Assembly (NCBI GenBank): GCA_964016885.1
Contig: OZ024745.1
Coordinates: 7,998,001-8,062,000 of the forward strand
Source of the DNA: Eledone cirrhosa
Lineage: Eukaryota
Length of the DNA: 64,000 bases
Direction of reading: 5' to 3'
Part shown: in pieces, positions 10,701 to 28,700 of the stretch
Layout: each line of letters starts with the position of its first letter
How positions within the stretch are numbered: the stretch's first letter is position 1
The notes under the pieces: model-generated
The model's database searches: none
Told to the model about the DNA's origin: nothing
Seen by the model: only the letters and a program-made list of their open reading frames with translations
Made by a program: the position numbers and the translations under genes

Positions 10701-13700
10701 GATATGTGATATCGTCTGATATGATAGAGGCATAACTGATATGTGATATCATCTGATATGATAGTGGCATAACTGATATGTGATATCGTCTGATATGATA
10801 GAGGCGTACCTGATATGTGATATCGTCTGATATGATAGAGGCATAACTGATATGTGATATCGTCTGATATGATAGTGGCATAACTGATATGTGATATCGT
10901 CTGATATGATAGAGGCATAACTGATATGTGATATCGTCTGATATGATAGAGGCATAACTGATATGTGATATCGTCTGATATGATATAATGCAAAACTGAT
11001 ATGTGATATCGTCTGAAATGATAGAGGCATAACTGATATGTGATATCGTCTGATATGATAGAGGCATAACTGATATGTGATATCGTCCGATATGATAGAG
11101 GCATAACTGATATGTGATATCGTCTGATATGATAGTGGCATAACTGATATGTGATATCGTCTGATATGATAGAGGCATGGCTGACATGTGATATCGTCTG
11201 ATATGATAGAGGCATAAATGATATGTGATATCGTCTGATATGATAGAGGCATAACTGATATGTGATATCGTCTGATATGATAGTGGAAAAACTGATATGT
11301 GATATCGTCAGATATGATAGAGGCGTAACTGATATGTGATATCGTCTGATATGATAGAGGCATGGCTGATATGTGACATCGTCTGATATGATAGAGGCAT
11401 AACTGATATGTGATATCGTCTGATATAATAGAGGCATAACTGATATGTGACATCGTCTGATATGATAGAGGCCTAACTGATATGTGATATCGTCTGATAT
11501 GATAGTGGCATTACTGATATGTGATATCGTCTGATATGATAGAGGCGTAACTGATATGTGATATCGTCTGATATGATAGTGGCATGACTGATATGTGATA
11601 TCGTCTGATATAATAGAGGCATAACTGATATGTGATATCGTCTGATATGATAGGGACATAACTGATATGTGATATCGTCTGATATGATAGAGGCATAACT
11701 GATATGTGATATCGTCTGATATGATAGAGGCATAACTGATATGTGATATCGTCTGATATGATAGAGGCATAACTGATATGTGATATCGTCAGATATGATA
11801 GAGGCGTAACTGATATGTGATATCGTCTGATATGATAGAGGCATGGCTGATATGTGATATCGTCTGATATGATAGAGGCATAACTGAAATGTGATATCGT
11901 CTGATATAATAGAGGCATAACTGATATGTGATATCGTCTGATTTGATAGAGTCATAAATGATATGTGATATCGTCTGATATGATAGAGGCATAACTGATA
12001 TGTGATATCGTCTGATATGATAGTGGAAAAACTGATATGTGATATCGTCTGATATGATAGAGGCGTAACTGATATGTGATATCGTCTGATATGATAGAGG
12101 CATGGCTGATAGGTGACATCGTCTGATATGATAGAGGCATAACTGATATGTGATATTGTCTGATATAATAGAGGCATAACTGATATGTGACATCGTCTGA
12201 TATGATAGAGACCTAACTGATATGTGATATCGTCTGATATGATAGTGGCATTACTGATATGTGATATCGTCTGATATGATAGAGGCGTAACTGATATGTG
12301 ATATCGTCTGATATGATAGTGGCATGACTGATATGTGATATCGTCTGATATGATAGAGGCATAACTGATATGTGATATCGTCTGATATAATAGAGGCATA
12401 ACTGATATGTGATATCGACTGATATGATAGAGGCTTAACTGATAAGTGATATCGTCTGATATAATAGAGGCATAACTGATATGTGATATAGTCTGATATG
12501 ATAGAGGCATAACTGATATGTGATATAGTCTGATATGATAGAGGCATAACTGATATGTGATATCGTCTGATATGGGAGTGGCATGGCTGATAAGTGATAT
12601 CGTCTGATATAATAGAGGCATAACTGATATGTGATATCGTCTGATATGATAGAGGCTTAACTGATATGTGATATATTATGATATGATAGAGGCATAACTG
12701 ATGTGTGATATCGTCTGATATGATAGAGGCATAACTGATATGTGATATCGTCTGATATGATAGAGGCATAACTGATATGTGATATCGTCTGATATGATAG
12801 AGGCATAACTGATATGTGATATCGTCTGATATGATAGAGGCATAACTGATATGTGATATCGTCTGATATGATAGAGGCATAACTGATATGTGATATCCTC
12901 TGATATGAAAGAGGCATAACTGATATGTGATATCGTCTGATATGATAGAGGCATAACTGATATGTGATATCGTCTGATATGATAGAGGCATAACTGATAT
13001 GTGATATCGTCTGATATGATAGAGGCATAACTGATCTGTGATATCGTCTGATATGATAGAGGCATAACTGATATGTGATATCGTCTGATATGATAGAAGC
13101 ATAACTGATATGTGATATCGTCTGATATAATAGAGGCATAACTGATATGTGATATAGTCTGATATGATAGAGGCATAACTGATATGTGATATCATCTGAT
13201 ATGATAGAGGCATAACTGATATGTGATATCGTCTGATATGATAGAGACATAACTGATATGTGATATCGTCTGATATGATAGAGGCATAACTGATATGTGA
13301 TATCGTCTGATATGATAGAGGCATAACTGATATGTGATATCGTCTGATATGATAAAGGCATAACTGATATGTGATATCGTCCGATATGATAGAGGCATAA
13401 CTGATATGTGATATCGTCTGATATGATAGAGGCATAACTGATATGTGATATCGTCTGATATGATAGAGGCATAACTGATATGTGATATCGTCTGATATGA
13501 TAGTGGCATAACTGATATGTGATATCGTCTGATATGATAGAGGCATAACTGATATGTGATATCGTCTGATATGAAAGAGGCATAACTGATATGTGATATC
13601 GTCTGATATGATAGAGGCATAACTGATATGTGATATCGTCTGATATGATAGTGGCATAACTGATATGTGATATCGTCTGATATGATAGAGGCGTACCTGA

Positions 13701-16700
13701 TATGTGATATCGTCTGATATGATAGAGGCATAACTGATATGTGATATCGTCTGATATGATAGTGGCATAACTGATATGTGATATCGTCTGATATGATAGA
13801 GGCATAACTGATATGTGATATCGTCTGATATGATAGAGGCATAACTGATATGTGATATCGTCTGATATGATATAATGCAAAACTGATATGTGATATAGTC
13901 TGAAATGATAGAGGCATAACTGATATGTGATATCGTCTGATATGATAGAGGCATAACTGATATGTGATATCGTCCGATATGATAGAGGCATGGCTGATAT
14001 GTGATATCGTCTGATATGATAGAGGCATAAATGATATGTGATATCGTCTGATATGATAGAGGCATAACTGATATGTGATATCGTCTGATATGATAGTGGA
14101 AAAACTGATATGTGATATCGTCAGATATGATAGAGGCGTAACTGATATGTGATATCGTCTGATATGATAGAGGCATGGCTGATATGTGACATCGTCTGAT
14201 ATGATAGAGGCATAACTGATATGTGATATCGTCTGATATAATAGAGGCATAACTGATATGTGACATCGTCTGATATGATAGAGGCCTAACTGATATGTGA
14301 TATCGTCTGATATGATAGTGGCATTACTGATATGTGATATCGTCTGATATGATAGAGGCGTAACTGATATGTGATATCGTCTGATATGATAGTGGCATGA
14401 CTGATATGTGATATCGTCTGATATGATAGAGGCATAACTGATATGTGATATCGTCTGATATAATAGAGGCATAACTGATATGTGATATCGACTGATATGA
14501 TAGAGGCTTAACTGATAAGTGATATCGTCTGATATAATAGAGGCATAACTAATATGTGATATAGTCTGATATGATAGAGGCATAACTGATATGTGATATA
14601 GTCTGATATGATAGAGGCATAACTGATATGTGATATCGTCTGATATGATAGAGGCATAACTGATATGTGATATCGTCTGATATGATAGAGGCATAACTGA
14701 TATGTGATATCGTCTGATATGATAGAGGCATAACTGATATGTGATATCGTCTGATATGATAGAGGCATAACTGATATGTGATATCGTCTGATATGATAGA
14801 GGCATAACTGATATGTGATATCGTCTGATATGAAAGAGGCATAACTGATATGTGATATCGTCTGATATGATAGAGGCATAACTGATATGTGATATCGTCT
14901 GATATGATAGAGGCATAACTGATATGTGATATCGTCTGATATGATAGAGGCATAACTGATATGTGATATCGTCTGATATGATAGAGGCATAACTGATATG
15001 TGATATCGTCTGATATGATAGAAGCATAACTGATATGTGATATCGTCTGATATAATAGAGGCATAACTGATATGTGATATCGTCTGATATGATAGTGGCA
15101 TAACTGATATGTGATATCGTCTGATATGATAGAGGCATAACTGATATGTGATATCGTCTGATATGATAGAGGCATAACTGATATGTGATATCGTCTGATA
15201 TGATATAATGCATAACTGATATGTCATATCATCTGAAATGATAGAGGCATAACTGATATGTGATATCGTCTGATATGATAGAGGCATAACTGATATGTGA
15301 TATCGTCCGATATGATAGAGGCATAACTGATATGTGATATCGTTTGATATGATAGTGGCATAACTGATATGTGATATCGTCTGATATGATAGAGGCATGG
15401 CTGATATGTGATATCGTCTGATATGATAGAGGCATAACTGAAATGTGATATCGTCTGATATAATAGAGGCATAACTGATATGTGATATCGTCTGATTTGA
15501 TAGAGTCATAAATGATATGTGATATCGTCTGATATGATAGAGGCATAACTGATATGTGATATCGTCTGATATGATAGTGGAAAAACTGATATGTGATATC
15601 GTCTGATATGATAGAGGCGTAACTGATATGTGATATCGTCTAATATTATAGAGGCATGGCTGATAGGTGACATCGTCTGATATGATAGAGGCATAACTGA
15701 TATGTGATATCGTCTGATATAATAGAGGCATAACTGATATGTGACATCGTCTGATATGATAGAGGCCTAACTGATATGTGATATCGTCTGATATGATAGT
15801 GGCATTACTGATATGTGATATCGTCTGATATGATAGAGGCGTAACTGATATGTGATATCGTCTGATATGATAGTGGCATGACTGATATGTGATATCGTCT
15901 GATATGATAGAGGCATAACTGATATGTGATATCGTCTGATATAATAGAGGCATAACTGATATGTGATATCGTCTGATATGATAGTGGCATAACTGATATG
16001 TGATATCGTCTGATATGATAGAGGCATGGCTGACATGTGATATCGTCTGATATGATAGAGGCATAAATGATATGTGATATCGTCTGATATGATAGAGGCA
16101 TAACTGATATGTGATATCGTCTGATATGATAGTGGAAAAACTGATATGTGATATCGTCAGATATGATAGAGGCGTAACTGATATGTGATATCGTCTGATA
16201 TGATAGAGGCATGGCTGATATGTGACATCGTCTGATATGATAGAGGCATAACTGATATGTGATATCGTCTGATATAATAGAGGCATAACTGATATGTGAC
16301 ATCGTCTGATATGATAGAGGCCTAACTGATATGTGATATCGTCTGATATGATAGTGGCATTACTGATATGTGATATCGTCTGATATGATAGAGGCGTAAC
16401 TGATATGTGATATCGTCTGATATGATAGTGGCATGACTGATATGTGATATCGTCTGATATAATAGAGGCATAACTGATATGTGATATCGTCTGATATGAT
16501 AGGGACATAACTGATATGTGATATCGTCTGATATGATAGAGGCATAACTGATATGTGATATCGTCTGATATGATAGAGGCATAACTGATATGTGATATCG
16601 TCTGATATGATAGAGGCATAACTGATATGTGATATCGTCAGATATGATAGAGGCGTAACTGATATGTGATATCGTCTGATATGATAGAGGCATGGCTGAT

Positions 16701-19700
16701 ATGTGATATCGTCTGATATGATAGAGGCATAACTGAAATGTGATATCGTCTGATATAATAGAGGCATAACTGATATGTGATATCGTCTGATTTGATAGAG
16801 TCATAAATGATATGTGATATCGTCTGATATGATAGAGGCATAACTGATATGTGATATCGTCTGATATGATAGTGGAAAAACTGATATGTGATATCGTCTG
16901 ATATGATAGAGGCGTAACTGATATGTGATATCGTCTGATATGATAGAGGCATGGCTGATAGGTGACATCGTCTGATATGATAGAGGCATAACTGATATGT
17001 GATATTGTCTGATATAATAGAGGCATAACTGATATGTGACATCGTCTGATATGATAGAGACCTAACTGATATGTGATATCGTCTGATATGATAGTGGCAT
17101 TACTGATATGTGATATCGTCTGATATGATAGAGGCGTAACTGATATGTGATATCGTCTGATATGATAGTGGCATGACTGATATGTGATATCGTCTGATAT
17201 GATAGAGGCATAACTGATATGTGATATCGTCTGATATAATAGAGGCATAACTGATATGTGATATCGACTGATATGATAGAGGCTTAACTGATAAGTGATA
17301 TCGTCTGATATAATAGAGGCATAACTGATATGTGATATAGTCTGATATGATAGAGGCATAACTGATATGTGATATAGTCTGATATGATAGAGGCATAACT
17401 GATATGTGATATCGTCTGATATGGGAGTGGCATGGCTGATAAGTGATATCGTCTGATATAATAGAGGCATAACTGATATGTGATATCGTCTGATATGATA
17501 GAGGCTTAACTGATATGTGATATATTATGATATGATAGAGGCATAACTGATGTGTGATATCGTCTGATATGATAGAGGCATAACTGATATGTGATATCGT
17601 CTGATATGATAGAGGCATAACTGATATGTGATATCGTCTGATATGATAGAGGCATAACTGATATGTGATATCGTCTGATATGATAGAGGCATAACTGATA
17701 TGTGATATCGTCTGATATGATAGAGGCATAACTGATATGTGATATCCTCTGATATGAAAGAGGCATAACTGATATGTGATATCGTCTGATATGATAGAGG
17801 CATAACTGATATGTGATATCGTCTGATATGATAGAGGCATAACTGATATGTGATATCGTCTGATATGATAGAGGCATAACTGATCTGTGATATCGTCTGA
17901 TATGATAGAGGCATAACTGATATGTGATATCGTCTGATATGATAGAAGCATAACTGATATGTGATATCGTCTGATATAATAGAGGCATAACTGATATGTG
18001 ATATAGTCTGATATGATAGAGGCATAACTGATATGTGATATCATCTGATATGATAGAGGCATAACTGATATGTGATATCGTCTGATATGATAGAGACATA
18101 ACTGATATGTGATATCGTCTGATATGATAGAGGCATAACTGATATGTGATATCGTCTGATATGATAGAGGCATAACTGATATGTGATATCGTCTGATATG
18201 ATAAAGGCATAACTGATATGTGATATCGTCCGATATGATAGAGGCATAACTGATATGTGATATCGTCTGATATGATAGAGGCATAACTGATATGTGATAT
18301 CGTCTGATATGATAGAGGCATAACTGATATGTGATATCGTCTGATATGATAGTGGCATAACTGATATGTGATATCGTCTGATATGATAGAGGCATAACTG
18401 ATATGTGATATCGTCTGATATGAAAGAGGCATAACTGATATGTGATATCGTCTGATATGATAGAGGCATAACTGATATGTGATATCGTCTGATATGATAG
18501 TGGCATAACTGATATGTGATATCGTCTGATATGATAGAGGCGTACCTGATATGTGATATCGTCTGATATGATAGAGGCATAACTGATATGTGATATCGTC
18601 TGATATGATAGTGGCATAACTGATATGTGATATCGTCTGATATGATAGAGGCATAACTGATATGTGATATCGTCTGATATGATAGAGGCATAACTGATAT
18701 GTGATATCGTCTGATATGATATAATGCAAAACTGATATGTGATATAGTCTGAAATGATAGAGGCATAACTGATATGTGATATCGTCTGATATGATAGAGG
18801 CATAACTGATATGTGATATCGTCCGATATGATAGAGGCATGGCTGATATGTGATATCGTCTGATATGATAGAGGCATAAATGATATGTGATATCGTCTGA
18901 TATGATAGAGGCATAACTGATATGTGATATCGTCTGATATGATAGTGGAAAAACTGATATGTGATATCGTCAGATATGATAGAGGCGTAACTGATATGTG
19001 ATATCGTCTGATATGATAGAGGCATGGCTGATATGTGACATCGTCTGATATGATAGAGGCATAACTGATATGTGATATCGTCTGATATAATAGAGGCATA
19101 ACTGATATGTGACATCGTCTGATATGATAGAGGCCTAACTGATATGTGATATCGTCTGATATGATAGTGGCATTACTGATATGTGATATCGTCTGATATG
19201 ATAGAGGCGTAACTGATATGTGATATCGTCTGATATGATAGTGGCATGACTGATATGTGATATCGTCTGATATGATAGAGGCATAACTGATATGTGATAT
19301 CGTCTGATATAATAGAGGCATAACTGATATGTGATATCGACTGATATGATAGAGGCTTAACTGATAAGTGATATCGTCTGATATAATAGAGGCATAACTA
19401 ATATGTGATATAGTCTGATATGATAGAGGCATAACTGATATGTGATATAGTCTGATATGATAGAGGCATAACTGATATGTGATATCGTCTGATATGATAG
19501 AGGCATAACTGATATGTGATATCGTCTGATATGATAGAGGCATAACTGATATGTGATATCGTCTGATATGATAGAGGCATAACTGATATGTGATATCGTC
19601 TGATATGATAGAGGCATAACTGATATGTGATATCGTCTGATATGATAGAGGCATAACTGATATGTGATATCGTCTGATATGAAAGAGGCATAACTGATAT

Positions 19701-22700
19701 GTGATATCGTCTGATATGATAGAGGCATAACTGATATGTGATATCGTCTGATATGATAGAGGCATAACTGATATGTGATATCGTCTGATATGATAGAGGC
19801 ATAACTGATATGTGATATCGTCTGATATGATAGAGGCATAACTGATATGTGATATCGTCTGATATGATAGAAGCATAACTGATATGTGATATCGTCTGAT
19901 ATAATAGAGGCATAACTGATATGTGATATCGTCTGATATGATAGTGGCATAACTGATATGTGATATCGTCTGATATGATAGAGGCATAACTGATATGTGA
20001 TATCGTCTGATATGATAGAGGCATAACTGATATGTGATATCGTCTGATATGATATAATGCATAACTGATATGTCATATCATCTGAAATGATAGAGGCATA
20101 ACTGATATGTGATATCGTCTGATATGATAGAGGCATAACTGATATGTGATATCGTCCGATATGATAGAGGCATAACTGATATGTGATATCGTTTGATATG
20201 ATAGTGGCATAACTGATATGTGATATCGTCTGATATGATAGAGGCATGGCTGATATGTGATATCGTCTGATATGATAGAGGCATAACTGAAATGTGATAT
20301 CGTCTGATATAATAGAGGCATAACTGATATGTGATATCGTCTGATTTGATAGAGTCATAAATGATATGTGATATCGTCTGATATGATAGAGGCATAACTG
20401 ATATGTGATATCGTCTGATATGATAGTGGAAAAACTGATATGTGATATCGTCTGATATGATAGAGGCGTAACTGATATGTGATATCGTCTAATATTATAG
20501 AGGCATGGCTGATAGGTGACATCGTCTGATATGATAGAGGCATAACTGATATGTGATATCGTCTGATATAATAGAGGCATAACTGATATGTGACATCGTC
20601 TGATATGATAGAGGCCTAACTGATATGTGATATCGTCTGATATGATAGTGGCATTACTGATATGTGATATCGTCTGATATGATAGAGGCGTAACTGATAT
20701 GTGATATCGTCTGATATGATAGTGGCATGACTGATATGTGATATCGTCTGATATGATAGAGGCATAACTGATATGTGATATCGTCTGATATAATAGAGGC
20801 ATAACTGATATGTGATATCGACTGATATGATAGAGGCTTAACTGATAAGTGATATCGTCTGATATAATAGAGGCATAACTGATATGTGATATAGTCTGAT
20901 ATGATAGAGGCATAACTGATATGTGATATAGTCTGATATGATAGAGGCATAACTGATATGTGATATCGTCTGATATGAGAGTGGCATGGCTGATAAGTGA
21001 TATCGTCTGATATAATAGAGGCATAACTGATATGTGATATCGTCTGATATGATAGAGGCTTAACTGATATGTGATATATTATGATATGATAGAGGCATAA
21101 CTGATATGTGATATCGTCTGATATGATAGAGGCATAACTGATATGTGATATCGTCTGATATGATAGAGGCATAACTGATATGTGATATCGTCTGATATGA
21201 TAGAGGCATAACTGATATGTGATATCGTCTGATATGATAGAGGCATAACTGATATGTGATATCGTCTGATATGATAGAGGCATAACTGATATGGGATATC
21301 GTCTGATATGAAAGAGGCATAACTGATATGTGATATCGTCTGATATGATAGAGGCATAACTGATATGTGATATCGTCTGATATGATAGAGGCATAACTGA
21401 TATGTGATATCGTCTGATATGATAGAGGCATAACTGATATGTGATATCGTCTGATATGATAGAGGCATAACTGATATGTGATATCGTCTGATATGATAGA
21501 GGCATAACTGATATGTGATATCGTCTGATATGATAGAGGCATAACTGATATGTGATATCGTCCGATATGATAGAGGCATAACTGATATGTGATATCGTCT
21601 GATATGATAGAGGCATAACTGATATGTGATATCGTCTGATATGAAAGAGGCATAACTGATATGTGATATCGTCTGATATGATAGAGGCATAACTGATATG
21701 TGATATCGTCTGATATGATAGTGGCATAACTGATATGTGATATCGTCTGATATGATACAGGCGTAACTGATATGTGATATAGTCTGATATGATAGAGGCA
21801 TAACTGATATGTGATATCGTCTGATATGATAGTGGCATAACTGATATGTGATATCGTCTGATATGATAGAGGCATAACTGATATGTGATATCGTCTGATA
21901 TGATAGAGGCATAACTGATATGTGATATCGTCTGATATGATATAATGCATAACTGATATGTGATATCGTCTGAAATGATAGAGGCATAACTGATATGTGA
22001 TATCGTCTGATATGATAGAGGCATAACTGATATGTGATATCGTCCGATATGATAGAGGCATAACTGATATGTGATATCGTCTGATATGATAGTGGCATAA
22101 CTGATATGTGATATCGTCTGATATGATAGAGGCATGGCTGATATGTGATATCGTCTGATATGATAGAGGCATAAATGATATGTGATATCGTCTGATATGA
22201 TAGAGGCATAACTGATATGTGATATCGTCTGATATGATAGTGGAAAAACTGATATGTGATATCGTCAGATATGATAGAGGCGTAACTGATATGTGATATC
22301 GTCTGATATGATAGAGGCATGGCTGATATGTGACATCGTCTGATATGATAGAGGCATAACTGATATGTGATATCGTCTGATATAATAGAGGCATAACTGA
22401 TATGTGATATCGTCTGATATGATAGAGGCATAACTGATATGTGATATCGTCTGATATGATTGAGGCATAACTGATATATCATATCGTCTGATATGATAGA
22501 AGCATAACTGATATGTGATAACGTCTGATATAATAGAGGCATAACTGATATGTGATATAGTCTGATATGATAGAGGCATAACTGATATGTGATATCATCT
22601 GATATGATAGAGGCATAACTGATATGTGATATCGTCTGATATGATAGTGGAAAAACTGATATGTGATATCGTCTGATATGATAGAGGCGTAACTGATATG

Positions 22701-25700
22701 TGATATCGTCTGATATTATAGAGGCATGGCTGATAGGTGACATCGTCTGATATGATAGAGGCATAACTGATATGTGATATCGTCTGATATAATAGAGGCA
22801 TAACTGATATGTGATATCGTCTGATATGATAGAGGCATGGCTGATATGTGATATCGTCTGATATGATAGAGGCATAAATGATATGTGATATCGTCTGATA
22901 TGATAGAGGCATAACTGATATGTGATATCGTCTGATATGATAGTGGAAAAACTGATATGTGATATCGTCAGATATGATAGAGGCGTAACTGATATGTGAT
23001 ATCGTCTGATATGATAGAGGCATGGCTGATATGTGACATCGTCTGATATGATAGAGGCATAACTGATATGTGATATCGTCTGATATAATAGAGGCATAAC
23101 TGATATGTGATATCGTCTGATATGATAGAGGCATAACTGATATGTGATATCGTCTGATATGATTGAGGCATAACTGATATATCATATCGTCTGATATGAT
23201 AGAAGCATAACTGATATGTGATAACGTCTGATATAATAGAGGCATAACTGATATGTGATATAGTCTGATATGATAGAGGCATAACTGATATGTGATATCA
23301 TCTGATATGATAGAGGCATAACTGATATGTGATATCGTCTGATATGATAGTGGAAAAACTGATATGTGTTATCGTCTGATATGATAGAGGCGTAACTGAT
23401 ATGTGATATCGTCTGATATTATAGAGGCATGGCTGATAGGTGACATCGTCTGATATGATAGAGGCATAACTGATATGTGATATCGTCTGATATAATAGAG
23501 GCATAACTGATATGTGACATCGTCTGATATGATAGAGGCCTAACTGATATGTGATATCGTCTGATATGATAGTGGCATTACTGATATGTGATATCGTCTG
23601 ATATGATAGAGGCGTAACTGATATGTGATATCGTCTGATATGATAGTGGCATGACTGATATGTGATATCGTCTGATATGATAGAGGCATAACTGATATGT
23701 GATATCGTCTGATATAATAGAGGCATAACTGATATGTGATATCGACTGATATGATAGAGGCTTAACTGATAAGTGATATCGTCTGATATAATAGAGGCAT
23801 AACTGATATGTGATATAGTCTGATATGATAGAGGCATAACTGATATGTGATATAGTCTGATATGATAGAGGCATAACTGATATGTGATATCGTCTGATAT
23901 GAGAGTGGCATGGCTGATAAGTGATATCGTCTGATATAATAGAGGCATAACTGATATGTGATATCGTCTGATATGATAGAGGCTTAACTGATATGTGATA
24001 TATTATGATATGATAGAGGCATAACTGATATGTGATATCGTCTGATATGATAGAGGCATAACTGATATGTGATATCGTCTGATATGATAGAGGCATAACT
24101 GATATGTGATATCGTCTGATATGATAGAGGCATAACTGATATGTGATATCGTCTGATATGATAGAGGCATAACTGATATGTGATATCGTCTGATATGATA
24201 GAGGCATAACTGATATGGGATATCGTCTGATATGAAAGAGGCATAACTGATATGTGATATCGTCTGATATGATAGAGGCATAACTGATATGTGATATCGT
24301 CTGATATGATAGAGGCATAACTGATATGTGATATCGTCTGATATGATAGAGGCATAACTGATATGTGATATCGTCTGATATGATAGAGGCATAACTGATA
24401 TGTGATATCGTCTGATATGATAGAGGCATAACTGATATGTGATATCGTCTGATATGATAGAGGCATAACTGATATGTGATATCGTCCGATATGATAGAGG
24501 CATAACTGATATGTGATATCGTCTGATATGATAGAGGCATAACTGATATGTGATATCGTCTGATATGAAAGAGGCATAACTGATATGTGATATCGTCTGA
24601 TATGATAGAGGCATAACTGATATGTGATATCGTCTGATATGATAGTGGCATAACTGATATGTGATATCGTCTGATATGATACAGGCGTAACTGATATGTG
24701 ATATAGTCTGATATGATAGAGGCATAACTGATATGTGATATCGTCTGATATGATAGTGGCATAACTGATATGTGATATCGTCTGATATGATAGAGGCATA
24801 ACTGATATGTGATATCGTCTGATATGATAGAGGCATAACTGATATGTGATATCGTCTGATATGATATAATGCATAACTGATATGTGATATCGTCTGAAAT
24901 GATAGAGGCATAACTGATATGTGATATCGTCTGATATGATAGAGGCATAACTGATATGTGATATCGTCCGATATGATAGAGGCATAACTGATATGTGATA
25001 TCGTCTGATATGATAGTGGCATAACTGATATGTGATATCGTCTGATATGATAGAGGCATGGCTGATATGTGATATCGTCTGATATGATAGAGGCATAAAT
25101 GATATGTGATATCGTCTGATATGATAGAGGCATAACTGATATGTGATATCGTCTGATATGATAGTGGAAAAACTGATATGTGATATCGTCAGATATGATA
25201 GAGGCGTAACTGATATGTGATATCGTCTGATATGATAGAGGCATGGCTGATATGTGACATCGTCTGATATGATAGAGGCATAACTGATATGTGATATCGT
25301 CTGATATAATAGAGGCATAACTGATATGTGATATCGTCTGATATGATAGAGGCTTAACTGATATGTGATATCGTCTGATATGATAGAGGCATAACTGATA
25401 TGTGATATAGTCTGATATGATAGTGGCATGGCTGATAAGTGATATCGTCTGATATAACAGAGGCATAACTGATATGTGATATAGTCTGATATGATAGAGG
25501 CATAACTGATATGTGATATAGTCTGATATGATAGTGGCATAACTGATATGTGATATCGTCTGACATGATAGTGGCATGGCTGATAAGTGATATCGTCTGA
25601 TATAATAGAGGCATAACTGATATGTGATATCGTCTGATATGATAGAGGCATAACTGATATGTGATATCGTCTGATATGATAGAGACATAACTGATATGTG

Positions 25701-28700
25701 ATATCGTCTGATATGATAGAGGCATAACTGATATGTGATATCGTCTGATATGATTGAGGCATAACTGATATATCATATCGTCTGATATGATAGAAGCATA
25801 ACTGATATGTGATAACGTCTGATATAATAGAGGCATAACTGATATGTGATATAGTCTGATATGATAGAGGCATAACTGATATGTGATATCATCTGATATG
25901 ATAGAGGCATAACTGATATGTGATATCGTCTGATATGATAGAGGCATGGCTGATATGTGATATCGTCTGATATCATAGAGGCATAACTGATATGTGATAT
26001 CGTCTGATATGATAGTGGCATAACTGATATGTGATATCGTCTGATATGATAGAGGCGTAACTGATATGTGATATCGTCTGATATGATAGAGGCATAACTG
26101 ATATGTGATATCGTCTGATATGATAGTGGCATAAGTGATATGTGATATCGTCTGATATAATAGAGGCGTAACTGATATGTGATATCGTCTGATATGATAG
26201 AGGCATAAATGATATGTGAGATCGTCCGATATGATAGAGGCATAACTGATATGTGATATCGTCTGATATGATAGTGGCATAACTGATATGTGATATCGTC
26301 TGATATGATAGAGGCATGGCTGATATGTGATATCGTCTGATATGATAGAGGCATAAATGATATGTGATATCGTCTGATATGATAGAGGCATAACTGATAT
26401 GTGATATCGTCTGATATGATAGTGGAAAAACTGATATGTGATATCGTCTGATATGATAGTGGCATTACTGATATGTGATATCGTCTGATATGATAGAGGC
26501 GTAACTGATATGTGATATCGTCTGATATGATAGTGGCATGACTGATATGTGATATCGTCTGATATGATAGAGGCATAACTGATATGTGATATCGTCTGAT
26601 ATAATAGAGGCATAACTGATATGTGATATCGACTGATATGATAGAGGCTTAACTGATAAGTGATATCGTCTGATATAATAGAGGCATAACTAATATGTGA
26701 TATAGTCTGATATGATAGAGGCATAACTGATATGTGATATAGTCTGATATGATAGAGGCATAACTGATATGTGATATCGTCTGATATGAGAGTGGCATGG
26801 CTGATAAGTGATATCGTCTGATATAATAGAGGCATATCTGATATGTGATATATTCTGATATGATAGAGGCTTAACTGATATGTGATATATTCTGATATGA
26901 TAGAGGCATAACTGATATGTGATATCGTCTGATATGATAGAGGCATAACTGATATGTGATATCGTCTGATATGATAGAGGCATAACTGATATGTGATATA
27001 GTCTGATATGATAGAGGCATAACTGATATGTGATATCGTCTGATATGAGAGTGGCATGGCTGATAAGTGATATCGTCTGATATAATAGAGGCATAACTGA
27101 TATGTGATATAGTCTGATATGATAGAGGCATAACTGATATGTGATATAGTCTGATATGATAGAGGCATAACTGATATGTGATATCGTCTGATATGAGAGT
27201 GGCATGGCTGATAAGTGATATCGTCTGATATAATAGAGGCATAACTGATATGTGATATCGTCTGATATGATAGAGGCTTAACTGATATGTGATATATTAT
27301 GATATGATAGAGGCATAACTGATATGTGATATCGTCTGATATGATAGAGGCATAACTGATATGTGATATCGTCTGATATGATAGAGGCATAACTGATATG
27401 TGATATCGTCTGATATGATAGAGGCATAACTGATATGTGATATCGTCTGATATGATAGAGGCATAACTGATATGTGATATCGTCTGATATGATAGAGGCA
27501 TAACTGATATGGGATATCGTCTGATATGAAAGAGGCATAACTGATATGTGATATCGTCTGATATGATAGAGGCATAACTGATATGTGATATCGTCTGATA
27601 TGATAGAGGCATAACTGATATGTGATATCGTCTGATATGATAGAGGCATAACTGATATGTGATATCGTCTGATATGATAGAGGCATAACTGATATGTGAT
27701 ATCGTCTGATATGATAGAGGCATAACTGATATGTGATATCGTCTGATATGATAGAGGCATAACTGATATGTGATATCGTCCGATATGATAGAGGTATAAC
27801 TGATATGTGATATCGTCTGATATGATAGAGGCATAACTGATATGTGATATCGTCTGATATGAAAGAGGCATAACTGATATGTGATATCGTCTGATATGAT
27901 AGAGGCATAACTGATATGTGATATCGTCTGATATGATAGTGGCATAACTGATATGTGATATCGTCTGATATGATACAGGCGTAACTGATATGTGATATAG
28001 TCTGATATGATAGAGGCATAACTGATATGTGATATCGTCTGATATGATAGTGGCATAACTGATATGTGATATCGTCTGATATGATAGAGGCATAACTGAT
28101 ATGTGATATCGTCTGATATGATAGAGGCATAACTGATATGTGATATCGTCTGATATGATATAATGCATAACTGATATGTGATATCGTCTGAAATGATAGA
28201 GGCATAACTGATATGTGATATCGTCTGATATGATAGAGGCATAACTGATATGTGATATCGTCCGATATGATAGAGGCATAACTGATATGTGATATCGTCT
28301 GATATGATAGTGGCATAACTGATATGTGATATCGTCTGATATGATAGAGGCATGGCTGATATGTGATATCGTCTGATATGATAGAGGCATAAATGATATG
28401 TGATATCGTCTGATATGATAGAGGCATAACTGATATGTGATATCGTCTGATATGATAGTGGAAAAACTGATATGTGATATCGTCAGATATGATAGAGGCG
28501 TAACTGATATGTGATATCGTCTGATATGATAGAGGCATGGCTGATATGTGACATCGTCTGATATGATAGAGGCATAACTGATATGTGATATCGTCTGATA
28601 TAATAGTGGAAAAACTGATATGTGATATCGTCTGATATGATAGAGGCATAACTGATATGTGATATCGTCTGATATGATAGAGGCATAACTGATATGTGAT

